In this document: one piece after another, positions 52,152 through 61,768 of the stretch
Layout of the letters: each line of letters begins with the position of its first letter
How positions within the stretch are numbered: position 1 is the stretch's first letter
From: Desulfomicrobium sp.
GTDB lineage: Bacteria > Desulfobacterota > Desulfovibrionia > Desulfovibrionales > Desulfomicrobiaceae
Assembly (NCBI GenBank): GCA_040768745.1
Contig: JAXGMI010000001.1
Span: 1,152,001 to 1,216,000, forward strand
Direction: 5' to 3'
DNA: 64,000 bases
Translations under genes and position numbers: made by a program
The notes under the pieces: generated by a model
Databases searched by the model: none
What the model saw: only the letters and a program-made list of their open reading frames with translations
What the model was told of the DNA's origin: nothing

Positions 52152-52589
52152 ATGACACTGATGAAATGGGATCCTTGGCGGGAAATAGAGGACATGTTTG
52201 ATCGGTACACGAAAGCTGTTGGTGTGCCACGCGGTGGACAGGAGGCGTTGGCCTCCAGCGACTGGTCCCCGCGGGTGGACATCTCCGAGACGGAAACAGC
52301 CTTTCTGATCAATGCAGATATTCCCGGAGTGGAGAAGGACCAGGTCAAGGTGTCCGTCGAGAACGGGGTGTTGACAATCCAGGGCGAGCGCAAGAGCGAG
52401 AAGGAAGAAAAAGGCAAGAAGTTCCACCGCGTGGAACGGTTTATGGGAACCTTTGTGCGGCGCTTCACTGTGCCGGACAACGTTGACCCCGATGGAATAA
52501 AGGCCACGTTCAAGGATGGCATGCTCCAGCTGCATCTGCCCAAGTCTGAGAAGACACGACCCAAGGCCATCGACATTCACGTCGAATGA
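52152..52589 (+). CDS. Small heat-shock protein Hsp20
   Basis: WDPWRE, PRVDISE, ADIPG, GVLTIQGERK, ERFMGTFVRRF, DGML; GGAGG RBS. Confidence 0.95.
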   Translation: MTLMKWDPWREIEDMFDRYTKAVGVPRGGQEALASSDWSPRVDISETETAFLINADIPGVEKDQVKVSVENGVLTIQGERKSEKEEKGKKFHRVERFMGTFVRRFTVPDNVDPDGIKATFKDGMLQLHLPKSEKTRPKAIDIHVE

Positions 52590-52648
52590 ATGACCCGTGA
52601 AAATCCCGCCTGAAGCTCACCAGAGGACCGGCCTGAAAACCGGTCCTT

Positions 52649-53485
52649 TCATTTTCCAATGGCGGAGGCGGTCCGTGCGAGCAGCTCTTCGAGCAGCATG
52701 GCGGCTTCCCTGGCGTGTTTGGGCAGTGTGTCCAATTCCCGCAGCATCCGACCGATGAGCGGGTCGATGGATGGACCGGCATCGCATTCCGGACGATCCG
52801 TCAGCCTGGTGCTGAAGAAGTTCCACGCCAGTGGCGCATCGGGGTTGCGAAACGGCCAATCCAGTCTGGTGCGCAACAGCCGGGCCACTGCCGTCAGGCT
52901 GTGATCAGAGAGAACGGAAAGGCCGATCGTGCGTTGCAAACGGGCCTCCAGGGCGCCGAGGGCTGCGGCAATGAATCTGTGCTCGGGTATGATGAGCCCG
53001 TACTCAAACCAGTCTTCCAGCCCAGCGCGCACCAGAAGCTTCCACCGCGGTTCCAGTTCGGCATAGGTCGGACAGAAATAGAGCCTGCAGGCCGCTCCAC
53101 CGTAAAAACTCAGACCACGCCAGTCCACCCCGCAGTTTCCTGCAGCCAGCGGATGCAGCATGCAGCCGATGCGTTCACCATCATTTGTGATCATGCCGGC
53201 AAAGACGCAGTGATGGAACTCCGGCACAGGATGGTCCTGGCCTTCAAGTACTGAACGGTCGAGCGCAAACCCCAGAATGGCGTCAATTTTTCGAGGGACT
53301 TTGGCGAATTCCGCTGCCCGTTGGAGGAGCAACTGTCGCAAACCTTCGCGGGTCACGCCGCGCAGGTTGTAGAGCCCGCAGCAGCTGCCACAGGAAATCC
53401 GGTTTCCGACCTGGCAGAGATAGACTCCGCCACGGACCTGTTCATCTTCGGAAAGAATTGGCATGGTGATTTTCATATGTGGCAT
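52649..53485 (-). CDS. Cys-rich hypothetical protein (YkgJ-like metal cluster)
   Basis: LCQ...SCGSCCG, HCVFAG, GCMLHP, CRLYFCP. Confidence 0.7.
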   Translation of the reverse strand: MPHMKITMPILSEDEQVRGGVYLCQVGNRISCGSCCGLYNLRGVTREGLRQLLLQRAAEFAKVPRKIDAILGFALDRSVLEGQDHPVPEFHHCVFAGMITNDGERIGCMLHPLAAGNCGVDWRGLSFYGGAACRLYFCPTYAELEPRWKLLVRAGLEDWFEYGLIIPEHRFIAAALGALEARLQRTIGLSVLSDHSLTAVARLLRTRLDWPFRNPDAPLAWNFFSTRLTDRPECDAGPSIDPLIGRMLRELDTLPKHAREAAMLLEELLARTASAIGK

Positions 53486-53560
53486 GGTTCTTCCTGGATC
53501 TCACGCCGCCGCCTTTGTGCTTTCACACATCAGGATCCCTGCCGCGTTTTTGGAGACCGC

Positions 53561-54019
53561 ATGACCCTGCACCGCCTGCATCGCATCCAGACCATACCCG
53601 TGCCCCAGGATGTGGCCTGGGCCTTTTTCTCCGATCCGCTCAACCTTGCCGCCATCACTCCGCCATGGCTGGATTTCCGTGTCACAGGACCTCCTCCCTC
53701 GCCCATGTACGGCGGACAAATCCTGACCTATACTGTTTGTCCCCTGCCAAGATTGCGGATGCGCTGGGTCACGGAGATCAGCCATGTGCGAAGGCCCGAT
53801 TTTTTCGTCGATCAGCAGAGGCTGGGGCCATACCGCCTGTGGCATCACCAGCATCTGTTCAGATCCGTGGCAGAAGGTACGGAAATGGAGGATGTGGTCC
53901 ACTATGCCCTGCCGTTCTGGCCTTTGGGCGAACTGGGGCGGACCATGGTCGCGGCGCGACTCGATGCTATTTTTGAGTTCCGGCGGCAAACATTGGCGCG
54001 GATGTTCGGACAGACCTGA
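53561..54019 (+). CDS. SRPBCC family protein
   Basis: WAFFSDPLNLAAITPP, WVTEI, FVDQQRLGPYRLWHHQH, IFEFR. Confidence 0.9.
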   Translation: MTLHRLHRIQTIPVPQDVAWAFFSDPLNLAAITPPWLDFRVTGPPPSPMYGGQILTYTVCPLPRLRMRWVTEISHVRRPDFFVDQQRLGPYRLWHHQHLFRSVAEGTEMEDVVHYALPFWPLGELGRTMVAARLDAIFEFRRQTLARMFGQT

Positions 54020-54070
54020 GCTGCCACTCTCGCCGCTGTGGTGCCGAAACCCGTGGTAGCCCCAGGGGAG

Positions 54071-55144
54071 TCATGGCCGCTCCTGCCTGCATTGCTGCAG
54101 TTTTTCCTCGATTCTTTTCTGGACGATACTCGTCAGCACGCCAGCCCCCAGAATGAACATGCTGGCCAGTCCGGTGGTCACCTCGCCACCGGGCAGATGA
54201 TGGCCCGCAGCGGACATGAACATGACCAGGACCAGGAATCCAATGGCCCAGAAGGCCGCCGGTTCCAGGTACTTGTACTGCTCCAGGGTGCCCTTTTCCA
54301 CGAGGTAGACGGTCATGGAGCGCACGAAGAGGGCACCGATGCCCAGACCGATGGCGATGAGCCAGAATTTGTTGGTGATGGCGAAGGCCGCCACCACGCC
54401 GTCGAAGGAGAAGCTGCTGTCCAGCACCTCCAGGTAGAGAAAGCCGACCAACCCGTTCCTTTCCGCCACGGTGACGATGTCGCCGCCGCCCACGATGTGC
54501 TTGAGCACGTCGATCAGGGCGTGCACGGCGAAGCCGCTCAGGGAGCTGATCATGAAGAGGTATCGTTCCGTCGACGGGATGAAGTAGGTCGTCAGCATGA
54601 CCAAGCCGATGGTCATGCTGGCCGCTGCGTTTTCGACGCTGCCGGCCTTGACGAAGAATTTTTCGATGACGGGCAGCCAGTGCGTCTCCTTCTCCTTGTT
54701 CAGGAAATAGGTCAGGGCGACGATGAGCAGGAAGGTGCCGCCGAAACCCATGATGCCCATGTGGCTGCCTTCCATGATGTGGCGGTATTCGTCGGGCTGG
54801 GTGGTAGCGATGACCCAGGACTGGCCGAAGGGCATGTCCCCGGCCACGGAGACGATGAGGATGGGGAAGAGGACGCGCATGCCGAAGACGGCGATGGCGA
54901 TGCCCACGGTCAGAAACATGATCCGCCAGAATGGGGTCATGACCCGCAGCACCGTGGCGTTGACCACGGCGTTGTCCAGAGAGACGCATGTTTCCAGGCA
55001 GGCCAGCAGGGTCGTGGTCAGAAGAAATGCGAGTCCAGCAGGGATACCGCCAGTATGGTAGCCGAGAAAAAAAGCTCCGCTCAATCCCAGGATGGACAGG
55101 ATGATCGATTCGAGAAAATAGCTGATCGTGCTGCGCTGAGACAT
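54071..55144 (-). CDS. DUF475 (TerC-like) integral membrane protein
   Basis: SLDNAVVNA, AVFGMR, FLYLEVLDSSFSFDGVVAAFAIT, GALFVRSMT. Confidence 0.9.
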   Translation of the reverse strand: MSQRSTISYFLESIILSILGLSGAFFLGYHTGGIPAGLAFLLTTTLLACLETCVSLDNAVVNATVLRVMTPFWRIMFLTVGIAIAVFGMRVLFPILIVSVAGDMPFGQSWVIATTQPDEYRHIMEGSHMGIMGFGGTFLLIVALTYFLNKEKETHWLPVIEKFFVKAGSVENAAASMTIGLVMLTTYFIPSTERYLFMISSLSGFAVHALIDVLKHIVGGGDIVTVAERNGLVGFLYLEVLDSSFSFDGVVAAFAITNKFWLIAIGLGIGALFVRSMTVYLVEKGTLEQYKYLEPAAFWAIGFLVLVMFMSAAGHHLPGGEVTTGLASMFILGAGVLTSIVQKRIEEKLQQCRQERP

Positions 55145-55738
55145 GGCGGCACCTCATTGTTGATTTAAAAGTTGGGAAAAAGATTCCTGATGGGGCTATT
55201 CCCGGACCAACTAACAGTCAAGCCCCGCGCTGAAATACAGGTTCCGGGGTGGGTGAACTCCTCTGACATGATTTTTGAGACAGGGGAGAGCCCGGAAAGC
55301 AACCCTGCATCCAGCGGGTACTGATTTCGCAATCAGTATGGCAGCCCGGACCGCAAGACGTGGCTTCGGGTTGTCCCAAAGCAGTTCCGAAGATTTTTCA
55401 AAAGGTCCAGAGGATTTTTTGTTCACGCCACGTCGTTAATCCGGAGGAGCAGCGGAATCGGTCGGGAGCCCTTGCGTTTTCCGGGCGTGCATTTTTCCGG
55501 GAGAATAATTCTTTCGTATGCAACGGGTGACGATTTTGGATGCATGCCTCTTGTGGGATTATGCACGATAGGTTATACATCCCGCGGTTGCATATAACCT
55601 ATATCCAACGCAGGGAGGGAATGATTTTTTCAGGGAGAGGAACAGGGGTGTTCAAACATGAGGCATGTATTCAGGCTGGAGCAATCCGATTTTCTTGGCA
55701 GCTAACTCGTCACCACATTGCGGAATTGGGGAGGTTGT

Positions 55739-57493
55739 ATGGCGGATGATTCGGCAAGAGACGACAAGAACATTGTCGTCATTGAAAGCGGAAAAACCAC
55801 ACTCAAGGATCTTTACACCAAAGAGGATTGGATGGCCATCTGGTTGGGGTTTCTGATCCTCATCTGCGGAGTTGTCGTTTTCATGTCCCGGCCTCCGGCC
55901 AACATGGAAGCTGAATTTGCGAAGCACAATGGCATCATGAAGGAAGAGGCGGCAAAGGCACCATTCAAAACCATCGCCTGGAACAAGGCGTCCATGGCCA
56001 AGAAGAAGATCAGCGCCGGCAATGAAGAGTATGCCAAGGGCCTGAAGAATTTCCTGGCTGCGCCCAGCAACTGGTCCAGTAATCCTCTTGATGCGTTGTA
56101 TTCTTCACAGGAAGCTGCGGACGCCAAGAACGCTGCCGCCAAGGATGCCTTCGACAAGGCCAAATCGGCCGAGGAGGCTGCATTGGCCAAGGCCCAGGCT
56201 TCGGAAGCCGCTGCCGCTGGCGCTGCGTTCAAGGACGAAACCCTGAACAAGGCTGCCGAGAGTGACATCAACGCCTGGGTTGCCACGGTGGACAAAACAT
56301 CCAAGGCCAAATCCAAGGCCAGTGCGAAACCATTCAACAGGATCCCCTACCTTGCTGGTCTGGCCATTGCCCTGGCCTTGTTTTTTGGCATGGGCAAAGC
56401 CATTATGGGTGAATCCTTTGGGAGTTTCCTCACCGGCTTTTTCTTCGTGTTCATCCTGGCCGTACTGGCATACATGGCTGAAACCCAGGCCCTGATGAAA
56501 CACTGGGGCTTTGGCTTTCCTCTGTGGGCCATTGTTTTTGGCATGCTCATTTCCAATACAATCGGTACTCCCAAGTGGGTGGTGCCGGCTGTGCAGACCG
56601 AGTACTACATCAAGACAGGCCTGGTGCTACTGGGTGCGGAAATCCTGTTCAGCAAGATGTTGGCCATTGGCAAGCCGGGCATTTTCGTGGCCTGGGTGTG
56701 CACCCCCATCACCCTGATCCTCACCTATTGGTTCGGCCAGAAGATTCTGAAAATGCCGTCCAAAACCCTGAACATGACTATCTCCGCGGATATGTCCGTC
56801 TGCGGCGTTTCAGCCGCCATCGCCACAGCAGCGGCCTGCAAGGCAAAGAAAGAGGAACTGACCCTGGCCATCGGCTTGTCCATGATCTTTACGGCGGTGT
56901 GCATGGTCGGTCAGCCCGCCTTTGCCAAACTGGTGGGTTTGCCGGAAGTCCTGGCGGGAGCCTGGATGGGCTCCACCATTGATTCCACGGGCGCAGTGGC
57001 CGCTGCAGGGGCGTTTTATGGCCAGAAGGCTTTGTATGTGGCCGCCACCATCAAGATGATCCAGAACGTGCTCATCGGCGTGACGGCCTTTTGCGTTGCA
57101 CTCTACTGGTGTACAAAAGTGGAAAATATCCCCGGCCAGAAAGTCAGTGGGTGGGAAATCTGGCATCGGTTCCCCAAGTTCGTACTCGGTTTCATCGCGG
57201 CTTCCATCATCTTCTCCTTCATGTTCAACGCGCTTGGAAACGATTACAGCACGGCGGTAATCGACCATGGCACAATCCGAGGTTTCACCCGACTGCTCCG
57301 CGAATGGTTCTTCGCTCTGGCCTTCACCTCCATCGGTTTGGAAACCAACTTCCAGGAGTTCAAACCGCATTTCAAGGGAGGCAAGCCGGCCACGCTGTAT
57401 ATCTTTGGCCAGACATTCCAGCTCACCCTGACCCTCATCGTCGGCTACATCATGTTCTATGTGGTCTTCCCCGAGGTGACTGCGAGTCTGTAA
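55739..57493 (+). CDS. YeiH/putative sulfate exporter family membrane protein
   Basis: EDWMAIWLG, EYYIKTGLVLLG, SVCGVSAAIA, GSTIDSTGAV, RFPKFVLGF, SIGLETN. Confidence 0.88.
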   Translation: MADDSARDDKNIVVIESGKTTLKDLYTKEDWMAIWLGFLILICGVVVFMSRPPANMEAEFAKHNGIMKEEAAKAPFKTIAWNKASMAKKKISAGNEEYAKGLKNFLAAPSNWSSNPLDALYSSQEAADAKNAAAKDAFDKAKSAEEAALAKAQASEAAAAGAAFKDETLNKAAESDINAWVATVDKTSKAKSKASAKPFNRIPYLAGLAIALALFFGMGKAIMGESFGSFLTGFFFVFILAVLAYMAETQALMKHWGFGFPLWAIVFGMLISNTIGTPKWVVPAVQTEYYIKTGLVLLGAEILFSKMLAIGKPGIFVAWVCTPITLILTYWFGQKILKMPSKTLNMTISADMSVCGVSAAIATAAACKAKKEELTLAIGLSMIFTAVCMVGQPAFAKLVGLPEVLAGAWMGSTIDSTGAVAAAGAFYGQKALYVAATIKMIQNVLIGVTAFCVALYWCTKVENIPGQKVSGWEIWHRFPKFVLGFIAASIIFSFMFNALGNDYSTAVIDHGTIRGFTRLLREWFFALAFTSIGLETNFQEFKPHFKGGKPATLYIFGQTFQLTLTLIVGYIMFYVVFPEVTASL

Positions 57494-57496
57494 AAA

Positions 57497-57793
57497 ATGA
57501 ATCAGGAGCAATCCAACAGTCCAACAACCTCCTGCGGGGTTCCGGCCCCGCAGGAGCGCCTCCATGCCTGGCTCAAGCTTTTGGCCGGAGCCATGGCTGT
57601 CCTGGGGTTCATATTCGGCATCGGGACTCTGGCCAGCTACCTGCCAGGGGCCAAGCACATGGCGCAGGTGATCGAAGAGCGCGACCTCAGGGCCACAGCC
57701 ATTTTCTACACCGATTTCAAGGAATCAGCCGAGGGTTCCGAATACATCCGAGACTGTCTGGAGTACCCGCCAGACAGAACGTCACAGCGCTAA
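57497..57793 (+). CDS. Small membrane protein cotranscribed with the YeiH gene
   Basis: Starts 3 nt after the upstream stop; one TM then IEERDLRATAIFYTD. Confidence 0.7.
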   Translation: MNQEQSNSPTTSCGVPAPQERLHAWLKLLAGAMAVLGFIFGIGTLASYLPGAKHMAQVIEERDLRATAIFYTDFKESAEGSEYIRDCLEYPPDRTSQR

Positions 57794-57886
57794 GAAGGAC
57801 TGTCTGCTCCATTTTGCTGGACAGGCGATGCGACAGTTTGCGCATTCCATCTCCACGCATAACGCATGGATGGCGCTTGGCCGGGC

Positions 57887-59047
57887 CTACCACTTCCGTT
57901 CGTATTTGTTCCTGAGCAGGATGGCGATGGCATTCATGGACAGCAGCACGGCCAGCAGCACAATGATGCCGGCCGAGGTCCGCTCCGTGAAGGCGCGCAT
58001 GGACTCCGCCGACCAGACGTAGATCTGGGCCGGCAGGACCGTGGCCGCGCTGGTCAGGCCGCGGGGCATGTCCTGGATGTAGGCCACCATGCCGATGATG
58101 AGGAGCGGAGCCGTCTCGCCGATGGCCCGGGCCAGGCCGATGATGGTCCCCGTCAGGATGCCGGGCAGGGACAGGGGCAGGACGTGGTCCCAGACCACCT
58201 GCCAGTGGGTCGCGCCCAGGGCCAGGGCGCCCTTGCGGATGGAGTCGGGGATGGCCCGGATGGCCGCGCGGGTGGCGATGATGATGACCGGCAGGGTCAT
58301 CAGCGCCAGGGTCAGGCCGCCGACCAGGGCCGAGGAGCGCGGCAGGCCCAGGAAGTTGATGAAGATGGCCAGGCCGAGCAGGCCGAAGAGGATGGACGGG
58401 ATGGCCGCGAGGTTGTTGATGTTCACTTCGACGATGTGCATCAGCCGGTTGTCCGGGGCGAACTCCTCCAGGTAGATGGCGGCCATGACCCCGGCCGGGA
58501 AGCTGAAGATGAACGTGATGGCCAGCAGGTAGACCGTGCCCACGGCGGCCGACAGGATGCCGGCCATCTCCGGCAGCTTGGAGTCGCCGTTGGCGAAGAA
58601 GCCGGTGTTGAAGACCTTCTTGATCTGTCCGGCGGCCCGGAGTTCGTCCACCAGGGCGGTCTCCTGGGGCTTGAGCCGGTTGGCTTTGCCCTTGACGTAC
58701 TGGTCCACCTCGGCGTTGGCCAGGACCCAGAGCGTCTGCGTGTGACCCAGGAGTTGCGGGTTCTCGCGCAGCTGCATGGGCAGGACGCGGGTCACCCCGC
58801 GGCTGACCAGGCGGGAAATTTTGGGGTCCAGGGCCGAGATGGGGTTGTCGAAGATCTCCTGGGTGAAGGTGACCTGCGCCTGGATCTCGGTCTGCTGGAA
58901 GGCCGTGTAGCCCTGGCGGACGATGTCCGTGAAGAAGATGACCAGGAAGATGCCGGCCACGGACAGGGCCATGTAGGACAGGGCCTTGAACTGGGCCTCG
59001 CCGTTTTTGCGTTTGCGCAGGCTGCGCGGGTCGATGGGCATGGTCAT
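57887..59047 (-). CDS. pstA: Phosphate ABC transporter permease PstA
   Basis: AIYLEEFAP, NLAAIPSILFGLLGL, ARAIGETAPL. Confidence 0.95.
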   Translation of the reverse strand: MTMPIDPRSLRKRKNGEAQFKALSYMALSVAGIFLVIFFTDIVRQGYTAFQQTEIQAQVTFTQEIFDNPISALDPKISRLVSRGVTRVLPMQLRENPQLLGHTQTLWVLANAEVDQYVKGKANRLKPQETALVDELRAAGQIKKVFNTGFFANGDSKLPEMAGILSAAVGTVYLLAITFIFSFPAGVMAAIYLEEFAPDNRLMHIVEVNINNLAAIPSILFGLLGLAIFINFLGLPRSSALVGGLTLALMTLPVIIIATRAAIRAIPDSIRKGALALGATHWQVVWDHVLPLSLPGILTGTIIGLARAIGETAPLLIIGMVAYIQDMPRGLTSAATVLPAQIYVWSAESMRAFTERTSAGIIVLLAVLLSMNAIAILLRNKYERKW

Positions 59048-59056
59048 GGCGGGCTC

Positions 59057-60286
59057 CTATTCGTAGCGTTGCCGGAACTTGCGGATGACGGTCAGGGAGA
59101 TGATGTTCAGCCCCAGGGTCAGGACCAGGAGGACCAGCCCCAGGCCGAAGGCGGCCAGGGTCTCCGGGCTGTCGAAGGACTGGTCCCCCGTCAGGGCGTC
59201 GACGATGCGCACGTTGACCGTGGTCATCCCCACCAGCGGGTTCCAGGTCAGGTTGGGCTGCAGCCCGGCGGCCATGACCACGATCATGGTTTCGCCCACG
59301 GCCCGGGACACGGCCAGCAGGCAGGCCGAGACGATGCCGGGCAGGGCGGCGGGCAGGATGACGCGCTTGATGGTCTCGGACCGGTAGGCGCCCAGGGCCA
59401 GGGAGCCCTCGCGCAGGCTCTGAGGGACAGAGCTGATCACGTCGTCGGACAGGGACGAGACGAGCGGGATGATCATGATGCCCATGACCAGACCGGGGCT
59501 CAGGGCGTTGGTGAAATCCGCCTGCAGACCGACGGCTTCGGCCATCCGCACGATGAACGGGCTGACGGTGATGGCGGCGAAGAACCCGTAGACCACGGTG
59601 GGGATGCCGGCCAGGATCTCCAGGGCGGGCTTGGCCACGCGCCTGGTGGCCAGGGACGCGTACTCGGACATGCAGATGGCCGAGAAGAGCCCCACCGGGA
59701 TGGCCACGCACATGGCGATGGCCGTGATCATGAACGTGCCAGCAAAAAGCGGGACCGACCCGAAGAGCGGCTGGACTTTCCCGTCCGGGCCGACGGTGGC
59801 CGCGTCGGGGTTCCATTCGCGCCCTGTCAGGAAGTCCCAGAAATCGACGATGCGGAGAAAGTGCACCGCCTCGAAGACGATGGACAGGACGATGCCGATG
59901 GTCGTCAGGATGGAGATGAGGGAGGCCAGGAGCAGGACGCGGGTGATGGTTTTCTCCAGGACCACGCGCACCCGCATGGCCGGTTTGATGGCCGCAAGCG
60001 CCAGCCACATGCTCCCCGCGCCCAGGAAGAGGCCCGAGGCCGCGAGCATGGTCCATGGGACCTCGAACAGGTCGAACAGGTCGAGGATCGACCCGGCCGC
60101 GCTGATGGCGATGGCCGGCATGAACATCCGCGTCACGGCGTACCAGCCGAACAGGTTTTCCGAGGCCTTGAACAGGGCCGAGGGGTCCTGCTGGCTGCGG
60201 ATTGTCCTGCGGCCAAGCAGGTAGGCGACCAGGGCCAGGGGCAGGAACCCGGTGAACAGGTATTGGGCCAGATAGGTTGTGGTCAC
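59057..60286 (-). CDS. pstC: Phosphate ABC transporter permease PstC
   Basis: KPALEILAGIPTVVYGFF, SRAVGETMIV. Confidence 0.95.
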   Translation of the reverse strand: MTTTYLAQYLFTGFLPLALVAYLLGRRTIRSQQDPSALFKASENLFGWYAVTRMFMPAIAISAAGSILDLFDLFEVPWTMLAASGLFLGAGSMWLALAAIKPAMRVRVVLEKTITRVLLLASLISILTTIGIVLSIVFEAVHFLRIVDFWDFLTGREWNPDAATVGPDGKVQPLFGSVPLFAGTFMITAIAMCVAIPVGLFSAICMSEYASLATRRVAKPALEILAGIPTVVYGFFAAITVSPFIVRMAEAVGLQADFTNALSPGLVMGIMIIPLVSSLSDDVISSVPQSLREGSLALGAYRSETIKRVILPAALPGIVSACLLAVSRAVGETMIVVMAAGLQPNLTWNPLVGMTTVNVRIVDALTGDQSFDSPETLAAFGLGLVLLVLTLGLNIISLTVIRKFRQRYE

Positions 60287-60379
60287 GAGAAACCTCGCTT
60301 GTTGTCGAGCGCGCCGATGGGCCGGGTCGCTGTCGCACTCCCCGGCCCATCGGCATTTCGGATGCGGATGCTATGGACT

Positions 60380-61399
60380 CTATTTGTGTTTCAGCTCGTC
60401 GAGCGTCAGCTTCTTCTTGGCCAGCACGTCCGCACGGACCTTGGCGCGGGCGTCGTCAGGCAGCGGGATGAGGCCGATGCCCTTCAGCAGGCCGTCCTTG
60501 CCGATCATCTTTTCGCTCATGAACAGCTCCACGTATTCCTTCAGGCCGGGGATGGCGTCGTAGTGGGCGTTCTTGATGTAGAAGTACAGGGAGCGGGAGA
60601 TGGGGTACTTGCCGGAGGCGACGGTCTCGGGGCTGGGCTCGACGCCATTGACAGCCGCGGCCTGGATGGTGTCGGCGTTCTCTTCCAGGAAGCTGTAGCC
60701 GAAGATGCCGAAGGCGTCCTTGTCCTTGGACAGCTTCTGGACGATCAGGTTGTCGTTCTCGCCGGCGGGCACGTAGGCGCTGTCCTGGCGGATCTTCTTG
60801 TATCCCTTCTCGTAGCCCTCGATCTTGCCGCAGACCTTTTCGACGACCATTTCCTCGAAGGCGTCGCGGGTGCCGGAAGAGGTGGGCGGGCCGTAGAAGA
60901 CGATCTTGCGGGCAGGGAGTTTGGCGTTGATTTCGTTCCAGGTCTTATACGGGTTGGGCACGATCTTGCCGTCAACCGGCACATCGGCGGCCACGGCCTT
61001 GGCCAGCTCCTCAAGGGTGATGCTCATGGGCGCGTTGCCCTTGTTCTGGGCGATGGCGATGCCGTCGAAGCCGACCTTGGCTTCGGTGATGTCCGTGACG
61101 CCGTTCTTCTCGGCGGCTTCGAACTCGCTGTCCTTCATGCGGCGGGAGGAGTTGGCGATGTCGGGGGTGTTGGGTCCCATGCCGGCGCCAAACAGCTTGT
61201 GGCCTCCGCCGGAACCGGTGGACTCGACCACAGGGGCGGGGAACTTGGTGGTCGCGCCCAGCTCTTCGGCCACGTAGCTGGAGAAGGGGAAGACCGTGGA
61301 CGAGCCGGTGACCTTGACCTGGTCGCGGGCGTGGGCCATGCCGCTGCCGACGACCAGCAGAGCCAGGGCGATGAGGGATTTTTTCAGGAAACGGTTCAT
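60380..61399 (-). CDS. pstS: Phosphate-binding protein PstS
   Basis: Signal peptide; GSSTVFP, STGSGGG, SGTRDAF, YPISRSLY. Confidence 0.95.
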   Translation of the reverse strand: MNRFLKKSLIALALLVVGSGMAHARDQVKVTGSSTVFPFSSYVAEELGATTKFPAPVVESTGSGGGHKLFGAGMGPNTPDIANSSRRMKDSEFEAAEKNGVTDITEAKVGFDGIAIAQNKGNAPMSITLEELAKAVAADVPVDGKIVPNPYKTWNEINAKLPARKIVFYGPPTSSGTRDAFEEMVVEKVCGKIEGYEKGYKKIRQDSAYVPAGENDNLIVQKLSKDKDAFGIFGYSFLEENADTIQAAAVNGVEPSPETVASGKYPISRSLYFYIKNAHYDAIPGLKEYVELFMSEKMIGKDGLLKGIGLIPLPDDARAKVRADVLAKKKLTLDELKHK

Positions 61400-61467
61400 G
61401 TGTGCCTCCTTGGCGATGTTTCGATTCAGATTCGCTTGATGCGTTGATAAGCTGTCTAGAGAAGGTT

Positions 61468-61508
61468 TGTTACAGGATGTTGAGGCTATTGTGACGACTG
61501 TGTGACAT
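61468..61508 (-). promoter_or_regulatory. Pho-box array upstream of pstS
   Basis: - strand GTCACA-N5-GTCACA-N5-CTCAAC-N5-GTAACA, exact 11-bp period. Confidence 0.8.
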
Positions 61509-61768
61509 TGATCGGCTGGAGAGCGTATCGCAGACGTTTGTTTTGCAGCTTTGCGGAAGTCTGCAAAACAAGATTCCGCATGATGGAGATCAAGGTTTGG
61601 ACAGCCATGGATGAGGCCATGACAAGGGCGGTCCCTGTGCTTTGGCGGCCTGGACCCTGCGGTTGACTCTTATGTTTTCGGGAATGAGGTCGGGTTCTGC
61701 AGCCCGCGAGAAAAATGGAGAAAGGTTCGATTGATTGAGCGTGCCGATGGTGAGTTGCCAGGGCAGAA

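Noticed and set aside
55319..55338. E. coli-type SOS box
   Set aside because: Reads CTGA-N8-TCAG rather than CTGT-N8-ACAG, and the flanking genes are not SOS genes; kept only as an unknown palindrome
55281..55365. yybP-ykoY-like words (GGGGAGAG...GCAAGAC) on the + strand
   Set aside because: Wrong strand for the TerC-like gene, imperfect motif and no convincing closing helix
57866..61447. 1193-aa + strand ORF, and an 879-aa alternate-frame ORF at 57717-60356
   Set aside because: Shadow frames of GC-rich pstSCA; no recognisable motifs
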